A DNA stretch of 64,000 nt from Klebsormidium nitens (GCA_000708835.1 DF237050.1:57919-121918); one strand, 5' to 3'. Counted from the first letter of the stretch, positions 22,537 to 37,285 are shown. Translations and numbers: made by a program. The notes: generated by a model from the letters alone, not told the origin.

Positions 22537-25500
22537 ATGGCAGAGGCTTTCCTCATCGTAGGGCATGTCTGCACTCAGACAGGAGTATTTGGGGGACCCC
22601 GGCTGAGCTCAGCAGAAGTTTCGCGGAGATTCCATACGCTGCTTTCAGGTTTCCCTGCTGGCACCCCGGGCTCCTTTCTGGGTGGCAGCATTGCACTTCC
22701 AGAGCCCCTCCTTGCTCTTCCCGTGGACTCTCAAGGTAGTCCCTTCCCATATCACTCAACGGCGGCCGTCGCCAGGTTGTCAGAGCGCCCTTTCTTTCCT
22801 CCTTCACGAACTGACACAAGTAAACCTGGGAATTGCTCAGAACTTTTGGCGCCGCAGCATTGCAAATCATGGCCCCTTCTCCGCCGGAAAGGCATCGCGC
22901 CCCTGGCGGCCTTTGGCACTCGCAGCGCATCAACAATGGGGAAGAAGGAGAAGACAATATATGTGTGCAGCGAGTGTGGGGAAGACTTTCTGCAGTGGCA
23001 AGGCCAATGCCCTGCCTGCAAGCAATGGAACTGCCTGAAGCGGTTCAAAGTCGAGAATGATGCAAGCGGGGCCGCCGGGAAAAAGGGTGGGGGGGGTGCA
23101 GGCGCGAGGGCGGTGGCGGGGATTGGAAGCGATATGGAGCTGAGAAAGCCAGGTGGGGGGATGCTCTTTTGTTAGCTGGACTGGAGAAGAATATATTGTG
23201 GGGTTATACTTCGAGTCTGCTAGTGTACACAACAAGTGGGCTTCACTCCTGGGAGCTCATAACCAGCTGCCAGAGAGGACATGAGTTGTCAAGGTGTTCT
23301 ATCCGATTTAAACTTTCTTCTGATCGGATTCTTAAACCCATTGGATCGTTAAGTTGGCTAGCCGGCCACAAACTAAAAACCCTCATAAACACCGTCAGAA
23401 AATGTCTCTCCTGAGAACCAACATTGTTGATGCCAAGGTGGTGTTCTGTTGCAGACGTTACATCTGAAGAGGTGCGGGGGGTAACACGGAGGGGCTCCTG
23501 GCTGACTGACACCAAGGGGGGTCCCCAGACGCTGAGAGAGGCGAAGAGCAGCAAGCCCACCGAGTGGAACAGGCTGCCCCTGTAAGCACTAACGCTGACC
23601 CCATACTTGAAGGGTTGAAAAACTAGAGGAGGACAAATAAAAAGCTTCGCAGTTCTTAATCCAGATTGCAGAAGATATGTGGGCATGGCCTACGTTTGGC
23701 ATGGAGATAGCCGCCTCTAGAAGTTGCGCGGATGATCAGGCTAGCGGGGTGTAACTTATGGTGCATTTAAAAGTCAACTAGTGGCTGGTCCTTATGTTAG
23801 TGTTTCAAGCCCCAGCATCATTGCAAAGTCGTACTTTTCCTCGACTTTGATACTCCGGTCTTACGGCATTTTCTTTTAGGTTGTGCCAGATGAGTCTCGT
23901 CTCTTCAATTCGGCAACACCATACCTCGGCGAATGTCCTTGCGCTGGAGCTTACGTCCCCTTTCTTAAGCCTGATGGGTTTGTGCCTGATTGCAGAATGG
24001 GCCCTACTGGTGCTGAGATGTCGCGCGTCCTTGGCGGGGGGGTCAGCAGAGGCTCCCTCATTCTAGTTGGTGGGGACCCTGGAGTGGGCAAATCGACTTT
24101 GCTGCTCCAAGTAGCCGGGCTGTTGGCAGACGGGAAAGGGGAGGGGGACGCTGCACCGGTCCTGTATGTTTCTGGGGAAGAAAGCGTACCTCAGATCTGT
24201 GGGCGGGCGGAGCGGATGGGGGTCGAGTCTGAAACGCTGTACCTCTTCAGGTGGGTTCGGTGCTCAGCTTCGGGTGGCAAGTTGTTTGCGTCTTTGTGGT
24301 ACATTTGGCGTGTGATTATGGGCTCCGCTCGGGGTTGCGATGAGCAAACAGAGTTCTTCCCTGGGCTTAGTAGGTTTCATGTCACTCAAGTGGAAGCCCT
24401 CAGTTTGAGCATTTTGAAGCATTTTGAAGCGAACGTCCGAGGACCAAGGAGAGATGCAGGGCGTTATGGCCTGTCCTAAGATCCTCTGAAGGCGTAGACA
24501 TAATCTGCATAGCAAAGTCCTGCATGGAATCGGATGCAAAGCATCCCCTTTTGACAACCCTTCTCGCATTGCCGAGTTCAAAGTGCTCAATTCTTTTTGT
24601 CGAAATTAGTGCCAACTCGGTCTCATGATGCTTTCCGTGCTCGGTCCAGTGCCACCAAGCTGGAGGTCATACTCGACTCCATCATGGAGTTGAACCCGCG
24701 CGCCGTTATCATCGACTCCATCCAGACGGTCTACTTGAACGACGCAACGGGGAGCGCGGGCAGCGTCATCCAGGTACGGCCTCTGCTGCTGTCATACTCT
24801 CTGCGAGATTCTCCTTTTTTGGACGCAACTTTGCAATTACCCGTTCGAGGATGTTTTGGGTCTATCGTTTGACTTGTGGGATCCGCATTCTCAGTCAAGC
24901 CAAAGAAGACCCATACAAAGAGGGGTTCCCAGCAAGTAAGTCCACCTCATACGCAACAGAGTTGAACTATAGCTATTCTAAGCTGAACCGCTTCGGAACC
25001 AATTTACGAAGGCTTGAAGTTTTGGATCTAGAATGACTTCTGAGCTTCGGAAAAAGGTTGCCTCCGTGCATTATAAGGCTCCCCTGCCCGCAGGTGCGCG
25101 AGTGTGCAAACGCGCTTCTCCAGGTGGCCAAGCGCACCGGTATGGCCATTTTCTTGGTGGGGCACGTGACTAAGGCGGGCGACATAGCGGGGCCCCGCGT
25201 ATTGGAGCACATCGTGGACACCGTGCTGTATATGGAGGGCGAGAGGCTGCAGGCGCTCAGGTGTGAATGCGCACTTTCACCAGCGTTTGGTGTTGATATT
25301 CATCTTTCTTGAAGAGTACGTGCAGGCCTTCTGGTTTGAAGCATCGTTCGAACCGTCATTCTAGTCAAACACCGGATTGTTTTTCGCTGGCGAGGATCAG
25401 AGTAAAATTTCTCATCGTTCTGAGTGAAGCAAGGATACCCAATGAAAGCTTTGACGCTCGGGACCGTCACGGCTCCTTTGACGGACCTCGCGTGTTTGCA

Positions 25501-27522
25501 AGTCGCAACGGACTTCGATCGCAGTTGCCGGGGCACAGACTGTCCGTTGGGCCGGTTTCACTGTTGCGAACATCTCAGCGGCTTGCTCCAACGGTATCGT
25601 TACTCAGTCATCCAACTGTCTCCAGCCGCCACCTCGGCTTCGATGTCCGAGCAGTTTTTTGGGGATAGAACAAGTTGTTCAAAAATGGCTGCCGCTCGCT
25701 CCATTTCTTGCGGGGCCCAAGAACTTCGATATGGCGACATCCTCTAACCAGCGAAAGCCGCCGGCCTCCCTCAGGCCGAGCTGTCGTGGGCGGCAAAAAC
25801 CGCTAAGAACGACTCTCGCTTCCAAAAAATGGTTGAGTTCCTTCTTCGCGGCATTGATTCTCAGAGGAAGCAACACTCAAAAGCAATAACTCTCAGTAAG
25901 TCCCTTCTTCAACCCGAAAACAGATCCGCTCTTCCTCGTGCGGCAGACTTCTACGCGGCACCAAGAACCGGTTTGGCAGCACTGACGAGGTGGGCGTCTT
26001 CAAAATGGCACAAGAAGGACTTGTCGCTGTGAGCGACCCCAGCGGCTTTCTTCTCGAGGACCGCGACGGCAACGAGTCGCCCACGCCCGTTGCAGTCGCG
26101 GCGCTGCTCGAGGGAACGCGACCCATTCTGGTGGAAATCCAGGTGCGTGGGGGATTGTCACAAGGCGGAATCTAATAGGTTCTTCAAGGCATCCTGAGAA
26201 GGAAAGTGTGATTTTGGTGGTGATGTTGGTCGAATAGTGGGGTCAAAGCCTGGTTGTTAAGAAGCATGCTCTGAGGGACGGCAAGGCAGGATTGTTCTGG
26301 TTTCGACTCGGCGTCGGAATGCGTGCAGCCAGACACAGACCTTTGGGTGTTGTGCATTCTCGCAAATTTCGCATCGGCAAAGGTGGGTCCGGGTCGTCGA
26401 GCTCCTGTCCTGGACTTGCTTTCGATTCATATGAACCCCCAACTTCGCCGAGTGCAGCCTGCCGGGCTTCTAGGGAGGAAAAGCGTGCCAGGCGGGAAGA
26501 GAGCAGAAATACACATTCCACATGCATACGTCCAGAGCTCTGCCAGAAGCTTCTGGCTCAGCCGCATCCGCTGAGCAGATACTCCTTTTCTCGACAGGCC
26601 TTGTGCTCGCCGGTTCCGCAGAACGCGGGGTCTGGTCGGCGGTCCGCGGTGGGCCTCGACACGGAGCGCTTCAACCTGCTGCTGGCCGTACTACGGAAGC
26701 AGGCCGACCTCAAAATCTATAACCAGGTGAGGCGGGGGGACTTGCTATAACAAATGTATTTTTCGCTGCATCAGTAGTGGTACTTAACAACGAAGTACCT
26801 GCTCGTTCAGACAGTGTCGTTTCGGGGCTCAGTAACGGCACTCTGCTCTGTAGAGTTGGCACCCGCATGAATCCTCCTGACAACCCTCCTAAAGGTCTGC
26901 ATCTACTGGTTTTTTGGATCTTTGCACCTCTGTTCACAGCGAAAAAGATAGCTTATTTTAATGCATTTTTCCAGCATACCTCGACTCTCTGCCAAGCGCC
27001 CCTCCGACGTTCGGTCGTTCAAGTCCTTAACGGGTTGCTCAAGCTAGCTCCACCTTCTTCTTTAAGAAGCCACCAGATTCGACAGCTGTGCAGGACGGAC
27101 ATCTACCTGAATGTCATTGCTCCTCCTCCTCTACTTTTCTTGAAGTATCCAAGTCCCGTTTTGTGCAGGACATTTACTTGAATGTCATCGGCGGCCTCAA
27201 GCTGTCCGAAGTCGCGTCGGACCTGGCTGTCGTCATGGCTGTCGCCAGCAGTTTCCTAGAAAAGCCCATCCCACGGGACATCGCGTTCGTTGGAGAGGTT
27301 GGTTTGGGCGGGGAGCTCCGATCGGTGCGACTGATTGAGAGCAGGATAAAGGGCGCCTCTAGTTTAGGATTCAAGCGGATCGTCACACCGAAGTCAGCGG
27401 TAGTAGGGTTGAAACTGCCGGAAGGAATGGCCGAGATCATCCCGTGTGCGACCGTCAAGGAAGCAATCTTGCGGACGTTGGATGTCACCGAGAAAGACCT
27501 GAAAGTGTCGAAGAGTGCTTGA
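22537..27522 (+). CDS. radA: DNA repair protein RadA/Sms, probably organelle-targeted
   Basis: C4 zinc finger CSECG...CPAC, Walker [32 protein letters not shown] motif (about 25958-25975), C-terminal Lon-like domain DIYLNVIGG...[10 protein letters not shown]. Long Ser/Pro/Arg-rich N-terminal extension; start codon uncertain. Confidence 0.95.
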
Positions 27523-28360
27523 TCGACATACGCGCTTGTGTCCTTAATGCTGGGCACGCATTGTTTGTAGTAAGGGCAGTTTGCCGAAGATCCGACATGT
27601 CTTTGTAAGCTGCGCTCTGAGGCGACCGTCTCGTCTTTGTTGTCATGCATGCATCGAGGCGTCGACTCTACACCGTGCGAGGCAGTAAGCTGCATATCCG
27701 ATTCGCATGCAGCCGAGCTCCCAACATAGGATGCGTTGTGATTTTGAGATGTGCAACAGACAGACAATTACTGACTGAAAGCCATGCATACCAGCAAACT
27801 TGCTTGATCACTTGAGAGATACTGCCACGATGTATGGCCATATCCACGACATCTTCTGCGCACCCTTTTGTGACTGTCGCACAGGTCGAAATGGGTGCTC
27901 GGTCGTTTTCGGCGACTCAGTGGAACGAGCAACGCTACTGCCAGTCTAGTCAAGTCTATTGCTGGCAGCCGCCGCTAGAGATTCGGCTGGGGCCACTGCG
28001 GCGGGGCGGCCGCCGGCGCGCCGCGCTACAGTGCCCCACGCGGGCTTGCCAGGCGTATCATCGCGGGGCCACTTCCCACTACGATAGTGTTGGTTTTGTG
28101 ACCGGTTCGGAGGCACAAAAACCCGTCGGTGGGAATACTCGCCCTGCCTCGCAACTTGAAATGTGACAAGCTAGCGAGGTAGCGACTGGATTTCAGAAGC
28201 TCAGTGTGAACTCAGAAGACTCTGAAGAGAACCGAAGAGGCCCTCAAATCAAGGATTCAAAGGGAGGCTGCGACACCTAGAGACGGATTGGCAGCGTATC
28301 AACACTGTGTTCAGCATCAAACTGTTTCTCTAGTTTTGGGGGGGCAGGGCTATAGACAAA

Positions 28361-31300
28361 ATGGCGGCCGATTGTAGAATGTACGAGGCAAAGTTCCCGG
28401 AGGTGGACGATGTGGTGATGGTTCAGGTAAGCTTCGTTCGTGACACTTCTTGGGGAGCATGTGGGTTGGAGAGCAGCCTGGTATTTGGTCATCAGAAGTG
28501 GTAATGGTGCATAATTGTCGGTGGTTGTGGGGTGCAACATTGTCGGTTACAAAATGATGCAAGCAAGTTTGGAGTAGTCGAACCAATTGACAAGCACAGC
28601 TGTATATCAGAAACAGGTGTGCAGCCTGGAACACAACATCTAGTCTCATCTGCTGTCCACTTTGTGAAGCGAGCGGGTCCTAACTGCTGATTCCAACTTC
28701 ACGGTTACCGCCAATATTGAACTTCTTGGATTAACAGCAGATTTGCTAACAACTCAATCTTTTAGGATATTATGAGGGTTTGAATTCGAATAGTCAGCTC
28801 ATTGTGTAAATCAGACCAAGATGATGAGTATCTAATGCATAGGGCAGAGATAGAAGGAATGGAAGAGGTTGGCGACGAATAAAGTCGCAAGGGTTTTTGT
28901 CTTCAGGCAGAGCAAGGTTTGATTGCTTCTGCTGACAACTTCAGCTCAGCTCAAGTTTGGATTCGATGACCCCAGTCTTTAGCGGTGGCTTAGCAGTATC
29001 CAATCAACGCCCGAGGCGGCATGCCCGGTCTAGTAGCACGGCTGATGATCCCTGTCCGTACCACCACTGCAGGTTAAGAACATTGCCGAGATGGGTGCGT
29101 ACGTCTCGCTCCTGGAGTACAACAACATCGAGGGCATGATCTTGCTGTCTGAGCTGTCGCGGCGGCGTATTCGGTCCATTTCCAGCCTGATCAAAGTGGG
29201 AAGGCAGGAGCCAGTCATGGTTCTGCGTGTGGACAAGGAGAAGGGCTACATTGATCTTTCTAAGCGGCGTGTCTCGGAGGAGGACGTGGCAGCGTGCGAG
29301 GAAAGGTCAGGCAACCGGAGAAAATTGCAAGGCTGATGTCGCTGAACACGTCAGTAGAGGATGCGGTGCAGCGAGAGCATTGGGGATTAAATGGTCGTTG
29401 AGTTGCGCCACTTGCGCACAGACTGGGGCAGCGATGTGACTCGGTTCTCCAATCGTCGGGGGACGGCGTGGGAAGCCACTAGGACAATTGTGGTGTGTTA
29501 GGTCCAATGGTTGCTCTTGGAAGGAGCGGTGATCTTTGTGCTGGGTTCCTTCTCGATGAGGCGAGAAGGTTTCTTTTTGTCGGGGGCCAAAGCTGTGTAG
29601 TTGGTAGAGGTGTCGTGCTCTTCTAAGAAACATAAATTGCCGTTGATGCAAGAAGTCCCTTGAAAACATAACCCTGCAAACTGCTGCCAGAAGCTGACTC
29701 AATCCGACCTTCAATGTGCAGGTACAACAAAAGCAAGATGGTGCACAGCATCATGCGGCATGTGGCTAGCACAACGGACGCTGATCTAGAGGTGAGTGTT
29801 GTATGTGGCGAACCAGGTCTTGGCCCCTGGCCCCTGTAATTCAAAGGGTTCCTGAAGGAGGTCGTGAATCCTCATTCAGTCAACGACTTCGCGCCAGAAC
29901 TTTGCCTCCCAGAGCGTGGGCCGATTCGTGGAATCGACGTGATTTCTTTGGTGATGATGTTGAGGCTGCTTCGAAAGCATCGGCAGAACACGCCACCCTT
30001 ATCTTCTTCGACGGTCAGTCCAACACGAGCTTAGAGTCAGACCTTTGGATGGAGACATGTTCAAAGAGATTGCTAACTCGTTGAGCCCTTTGCAGGACTT
30101 GTATGTGCACGTAGGATGGCCCCTGTACAAACGCTTTGGCCACGCTTTTGAAGGGTTCAAGCAAATGGTTGCAAATGCGGACGAGATCCTGAAGACGCTT
30201 ACAAAGGAGGTCAAAGAAACGGACCCAGAGACAGGGAAGGAGGTGAGGCCGAGTGTCCTTTCTTCCTCCTACATCCGCTGGGCGGTTTCCACTTCTTGAG
30301 GGGTGATCATCTCTTCTACTAGCAGTCTTGGCAGAAGCTGTATCAAGCGCTTGTATTTGCAATACTGCAACTTGAGCTTTCTCGCTCTCTCTTCCCTGGT
30401 CTGATCAATATCCATCTTCATATCGAGCACTGTATACGCTATTGAAGCTTGTGTCCCTTGCCAAACGTTCCACCTACGGGTCACCGAAATCAGCACGCCA
30501 ATTGAGATCGCCCTGCTATGCAATTGGCAATCCCTAGCCGCTCGCACCCGCCTTACATTCGTTCGTTTCAGAAAGGATCTAACATCAGAAAACCCTCTTT
30601 GCAGGCGGTGAAGCAAGTCCCCGCTATGACCCCCGACGTGCAGTACGCACTGATCAAGGACATTCGGCGGCGGATGACCCCCCAGCCGCTCAAGATCCGT
30701 GCGGACATCGAGCTCAAGTGCTTCCAGTACGACGGTGTGCTGCACATCCAGGACGCGATGCGCAAGGGCGAGAAGGCCGGCTCCGAAGAGTGCCCCGTCA
30801 AGATCAAGCTCGTCGCGCCGCCGCTCTACGTGCTCACGACGCAGACGCTAGATAAGGTGAGCACCGCCGATTTGTGTTTTCCACTGGTGGGTTCCCCTCT
30901 GCCTGGTTGTTCTCGTGAATGTCTTGTTTTGCTGCGTTGGCTTTCAAATGTGAGGGAGTCGAGCGCTCTCCTTTCTGGGAGGGGAGCTCTCGTTGCGCTT
31001 TTAGTCTCCGTTTGCTAAGTGGACTTCGCCCGAATGTGGACCCTGAACGAGCACGACGGTTTCTGTGTAGGATCTTCTCGAGAGTGCTTGATTTTCTGCT
31101 GATGCCAGTGAGAAGTGTTTCAACCTGGAAGATTCCGGAGTCAGGAAAATTTGATCACCTGGACCGCCGACTGACTCCCCCCAAGCTGCTGTACACCACT
31201 GTCTTGACTGGACAGCCAAAGAAAGGGTTGGTTGGTGTCTGGTAGCTGATGGTCACGTTGTCTTACGTCCGGAAGGAAGTAAAACGATAGGACATCTGCC

Positions 31301-31859
31301 CGCTTTTGGGTTACTTAAGGTTTTGCTGAGTTCATCGGCTAGCTCCACATGTCCTTCGCTTAGAAGGTTGTGTTGGCCCAAACTTAATTCACTTGAAGAG
31401 GGGTTCCCAGAGATTTGATAAGCAGCCAGGCAAACGGGACGGGCGGTGGCGTCCGCGGACCATGGTTCTGTCCTGCCAAATTGTGTGTGTAGAGATCTGC
31501 GGTCTGCGAGGCAGCGTGGCCGACGTTTTGTTGGTCTGTCCCACCAATGAATGTGCTTCGAGCTTATTCGGCAAACACTTTCTTACACCTGGCCTGTTTT
31601 GCAGGATTTGGGCATCGCAGCCTTGGAAGCTGCCATTCAAGCCGCTTCAGACGAGATCGAGAAGCACAAGGGGAAGCTCTTAGTGAAGGAGGCGCCTCGC
31701 GCTGTATCAGAGCGGGACGATCGGTTGTTGGCCGAAAAGTTAGAGAAGCTAGATGCGGCCAACCGTGAAGTCGATGGAGATGAAGACAGTGAAGAGGAGG
31801 AGGACGAAGGCATGGGTGACATTGATGTAGAGGCAGGGCCTGCTTTGTCAGAACCATAA
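28361..31859 (+). CDS. eIF2A: Eukaryotic translation initiation factor 2 subunit alpha
   Basis: Exons 28361-28426, 29073-29305, 29722-29791, 30096-30242, 30605-30856 and 31605-31859. Motifs: [34 protein letters not shown] (regulatory Ser conserved), [21 protein letters not shown], acidic tail. Confidence 0.98.
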
Positions 31860-33536
31860 AATAGTCGAGACGCATGGTTCAAACTTTTTTGGGGACAATA
31901 AACGAAAAGGGAATGGACAATCACACCATTGTAACAAAGCTGATTTCCAGACACGGATTGGAAGGGCTACTAGTACCGCGGCCAACCCGAGCTCGGTCAC
32001 AGTACAATTGTAAGGTTTCCTTGCAAGGTTGGCTTGTGAAGACCAATCCAACCCGTTGATTTTCTCACATGTGGTGCTCCTTAGATTCTTTGTGCTACAT
32101 GCTTAGCTGCACGAACTATACGCTTCCAATCCATAGTAGCTTTGGTTTCGGTTGCTCTCTCTCGTTGCGCTAGAGACAATCCCCTCTGCTTAGCTGTTTG
32201 AAATGCGTGTGCATGCTGTGACTCGGACGCCCTTTGTAATCGAGTTTTCAACTTCGGCATGCTTGGAAGAGAAAATTGTACTAAGATAGTGGCCGCTGCC
32301 CCATTCTCGAGTTTTACGGGCCGTTGGCCATACGGTAGTTTGTATCTTAACAAAGTGGAATTGGCATACGGTACATGAGACTATAGGGCCGCCAAACAGA
32401 GCCCAAGAGCCTGGCGGTTCAACATTAACATCCTTCGCGACCTCTGTTAACTTGCATCATAGACAAATTGAAGTCCTGTACCTCAGTGCACAACGGCGAG
32501 CCTTTAAGTGGCCAAAAAGTCTTGATGGTGCGAAATTAAGGAGCCAAGAGTGAGGGGACCAGGGCATGCTTGAGCTAGCTCGAACACAAGAAGCAGTTTC
32601 GTACCGCCATTGTCAACGTACAGCCATTCTGCACCTTCTTGCTTGGGGTCCCCATGCAGAGCCGTTATTGGCAACAGTGATTGAGCTAAGCGCGCGCGCG
32701 TACCACAGACAGCCGGTACAAATGTCAAAATCTGGAAATATCGCAAGACAGAGCACGTGATTGGCTTGGCATTGAATGTCCACGTTACGGGTCTCTGACA
32801 GTCTTGAAACTCAAGCGAGCTTCGATTGGTTGTACCAATCACATGGTTCAGTCCCAGTCAGCAACTGACCTCACGCGTGAGTGACTTCCAACAGTCCTTT
32901 GGTCGTAAGAGTGAACGGTACGCACCAACAGAGAGACTACCTATGCCCGACTAGGCCACACCCACAGGCTGGGCAGGCCATCGTGCCCGGTAGAAAGTAC
33001 CGGCCCTCTAGGGGACGGACCGAGCACAGGTACCTGTAGAGCTGTACAGCGCAGGCGACCGGACGCGTGCATTCTGGAGAAGGAAGCTTGAAATGTGGGC
33101 AGCAGCTGGCACTGGCAGCAAAAGCAGCAAGCTGGGCAGCCAAGCAAAAGTGCATGCGCACATGGTTGCTGAGCATCCTCCACACTTCAAAAGCTGCAAA
33201 CGCAAACTCTGCACAGGGCTGGCGCAAGAAGCCACAATTGGGCTGATAGCTTCGCTACAAAACATTCTAGTAGTGGCATGTCTGTTTCCAGCAGAAGGTC
33301 TTATGCGCAGGGCCCACAGTTTGGTTAGCATCATCTCAGTCGTGTCAGGTGTTGTCTGAGCGTCCGTGAGCAGGGGGATTACTAACAATTGCTGGCTGTG
33401 GCTGTTATTCTCCGCAAGAAGTGTTGACTTGGTTTACTGTGCCCTATTTGTAATCTGTGAATCAGAGCAGCAGACGGGTCCGTATTTGACGCATGCAAGT
33501 TTTGGCTTATACCTCAGAGCAAGGAGCACTGTGGTC

Positions 33537-36025
33537 ATGAAAGGCGTCCGTGGCCGGCCGTTGCCCCTATCGTCTCTGAATCACATCAGCAGGAATTGCA
33601 GAGACATCCTTGCATCCGTGGCCTTCTATGAGGTGGGTTTGAAATGATGTTGCTGGTTTTGCTATGGCGCATGCGCTGGTTTTGGCTTCCTTGTTCAAAA
33701 TGTAGGAGCCTTTGCAGCTGGGGGGAGCTGTTACGAACCACTCAATGACCGGTTTGTCAGGGAACAGCAACATCAGATGTCCACCAGCCAGTCGCCAGCC
33801 AGTCACCAGCCAATTGCCAGCCAATCAGGTTTTTGACCATATAAAAGCGCATGTGCTGGTTTGCAATGCTGATTGTCATCAGGTATCTCAGTGTTTAAGA
33901 GAATGATCAAAGCAAAAAGTTAATAGTAGCTCAGGGAGCAGGCTATCATGCCATGGAATTTCCACATTTTGGTACGCTATGGAGAGTCCTGGATTTTTCA
34001 ACATTTTCAGGTCATTGATATGTTATGGCCTTCATGCACCTGATGGACTTTACCCTTTTCTTTTGTCCCTTGAATCTACTGCTTGATAGGCCATTGGCAC
34101 CACTGTTGTCTCAAACATTGTTTTGCTGCACAGCTTGGTAAGTTTTGCATATGGAAGCTCGTTGTGAGTCAATGGCTGGGAATGTGGCCCGTGGGCGCTT
34201 TGCCAAGAATGTACAGCAACAGAGGCCCCCTGCTTTGCATTAGCACACGTCAGGTGCCTCTCTCAGCTTTCACTCTCTCGTATACAGGATGTGCTAGGAT
34301 TCATTCAGATTGTGCGTCCATCCAGATTCGACTTTGACGGTGCCTGGTGAGGAATCCTTCTTCCATCTGATTTTAATGCACAATTTGTGCCAGAAGCCTT
34401 CGCCTGTTTCCTAGTGAAGCAGTTTTTCTCACTATTGACGTGATCAGGGTCAGCTGCAATCGCTTTCAGTGAACAGATTTAAGCAAGGGCAGACAAGCGA
34501 TATTGTGGATAAAGAAGGTTTGACCACGTTGGAACATCTGCATTATGCGGAGAAGGTTGCATTTTCCGTTCGTTGAGCACGTTGATGTGGATGGAATAAC
34601 CATTGACGCTATCAGGCAATCTGTACTCTGCACTTTCGGGTGCTCTGTACAATTGGACCTAGCAAGGGTTCTCAGAAACCAACCTGGTGATGCCAATCGC
34701 GTGCAGGTTATTCCAGTATGGCATAGGCCTTCACCTTCTGAAAGAAGAGACCGACGAGGGTCTGGCACTACTTGAGCGCACTCGGTGCAAGGCCATTGAT
34801 CCTAGGGCGGATCATATATCATTCCAGGTGTGTGTCGTGCAGTTAGTGAGCAGGACCTTGTCATATGTGATGATGGTTTCTTGGTTTTCTCTTTCGCTCA
34901 TGCTATCATGAAACACTGGCTCACTAAGTAAGGGCGTCCTATTCTGAATTAAGTGCAACAGAGACTCCGCTTTCATTTTAAAGGTCTCAAATTCTGAATT
35001 TGCAGGCGGACAATACTGGAGTGGTTGAGCAGCGCTTGCGAGAATTTGGAGTCGAGTACAAGAAACAGACAGTGATTGAGGGCAACATTCGGGTGCAGCA
35101 GGTGAGGATCAAAGCGGTGCCTCGAAGTCAGCGAAATGGGGTCATTTGGGTGTTTGTAAGCTTAACTTGTGTGTTGATGTGTTTGGGGATATTTAGAGTT
35201 GTACCGAACACAGTAAAGTTTGTCTTGAAATCTTACTGATGAGGGCATCCAGGCTGGCATGAAAAGAGCTCCAGGACCAGACACTCTTAACTTCCGGACA
35301 ACGTACTTCGACATGCAAATACCACAGGCATCCTTGAGAATCACGAGGTTTGCTCACCAAGTTCCTCTCCTTCGACTCAGTCTATGTCGCCGCCAGTTGC
35401 AGGTAGTTGCAAATCATTTTCGATTCTGACAATAAGGACCTAATAAGAGTTTGGTTGACGATTTCCAATACATTTGACCCCTGCGTCATTCGAGCTGCTT
35501 CGTCCCTTGGTTCCGATTTGAAAGGTTTCTTTTTGAGTTTGGCCATCACTTCAGATCTAGGCATCGTCAAGTTGGAATCAATCTACCTAGAGTCACCACG
35601 CACCTTAGAAGGCTTTCGTTCCCTCAGTCTATCCATCTTCAGCTTGCGACAAATCTGGCCTGCACCTGGCGCACGTGAGAGATTGTTTGTTCCTTCGAGG
35701 CACTTACGAAGTCCCCCGTTTTTTGCTGCAGATTTTCTTCCACGATCCAGACGGCCACATGATCGAGATTTGCGACTGTGAGGCCCTGCCAATCATCCCG
35801 CTGTCAGGAGACTGTTTGACCTGCCCAGCCCGCTTCAAGCAACGGAGGCTTGCGCATGCGAAGGAGGAAAAGATGATCGAGAACGCGCAGAACGAGTCGT
35901 TGGCCGCTACAATCGAGGAAGATTTGAAATGGGGAGTTCGAGCATCACGTCAGGTCGGACTTCCCAAGACGGCAAGTTGTGGGGATATTGCTGGCAACGA
36001 TAGCATGTTTCCTGTGTGTGCTTAG
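33537..36025 (+). CDS. VOC / glyoxalase I-like (lactoylglutathione lyase family) protein; start codon uncertain
   Basis: Exons about 33537-33632, 34288-34346, 34707-34827, 35007-35102 and 35731-36025. Spliced product: LPLSSLNHISRNC..FYE/DVLGF..RPSRFDFDGAW/LFQYGIGLHLL..DHISFQ/..IFFHDPDGHMIEICDC. Confidence 0.9.
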
Positions 36026-37285
36026 GGGACTAGTGCGAAGGGGCTTTGTACATTACGGGGTTATAGAGGTGATAGGTATGGGCCTCGTCGCATGGACGAG
36101 GTTGCCCACGAGACCAGAATCGTTCCAGTTTGAAGAGCTCTCTTATGTTTCACACTCTAGTCATTGCAAAGTTACTTAGACTTAGAAGCATAGACCATAA
36201 CGTCAAAGCCTGGTCGAGCATCCCGAGGCTTTTGGTGTATATTTTAGGTGTTGAAAACAGTTCGATGTTTCTGATGGTACGAAAAATCCGCAGGAGACCA
36301 TTCTAAGTAGGTACTCTACATCTGTATAGACCGTGTAACATACAAGTAGCAAGAGATTGATCGAACAGTCCAAGTCATGGCCAGTAATCAGGGTGGTGTC
36401 CTCCTTAAACTTGAAACACGCATCCGCCTACGTAAGACAGATTTTGAGCTTTTGACTCGCTTTGTCCAAAGGATCAGGATGACATTGTCTCGGAAACTTC
36501 TAGAAGTGAAACGCATCAAATTGCAAAGCATGAGCGTACTTACTCAGGTACCAACTATACACCTCGATCAAGCATTTCACGCGATGATGCTCCATTACAG
36601 CCCCGAACGCAGAGGCCGTAGCATCCATCATTGCTTGCATTATGCACGTACTTACTTCGGAATCATCTATGATCGACACGAATGCAACGGACATGAGATA
36701 GTCATCACAAAGTACTTCTGGAACGCTATGATTTCACGCGACTATGAATCACGGAGTATGCCACACCGTTCGCGGTTTGAGTATACGTGGCTCGAGACAT
36801 GAATGCGATCGTCATGCAATAACGAGCATTGAAATGGCATATTTATTGAAGTGCAGTGTTCTAAATAGGCGACCCGTGTGTCTGCACTGCTCAGCTAAAG
36901 TGGTGAGCTTGTGCGATTGCAATGTAGTTTCAAACCTTTACCAGAGGCCTCAATTAATGTGAGCAAGCAAGCAAGCATGGGCTGTAGAAAGTTTTGCCCG
37001 GGATATGAAAGGGCTTGGCTCCGATTCGAACATATGGACATATATGGACATATGGACTGAATCGCGGATTATCTATATTTGCATTTGCGACAGACACGAA
37101 CGAGGCCAGATCTGCATCATGATTTTCCCAATGGTCATGGTATTACATGAGGAACTATAGAAGATTGGATTACCAGATTTCAACACAAAGCTAATCATTC
37201 ATCGTAGTTTTAACAACTTAGCCAGCTGGATACTTCGGCATGTGGCTATGCTCGAGGACCGGGCGGCTTCCCCTAATATTTCACA

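Noticed and set aside
28815-28940. Possible box C/D snoRNA in eIF2-alpha intron 1 (ATGATGA ... CTGA)
   Set aside because: No terminal stem and no identifiable rRNA guide complementarity.
36377-36802. 141-aa intronless ORF between the glyoxalase and Rid genes
   Set aside because: No recognisable motif, and codon usage is unlike the confirmed genes.
37031-37058. Short catatgga tandem repeat
   Set aside because: Three degenerate copies only; ordinary slippage repeat.
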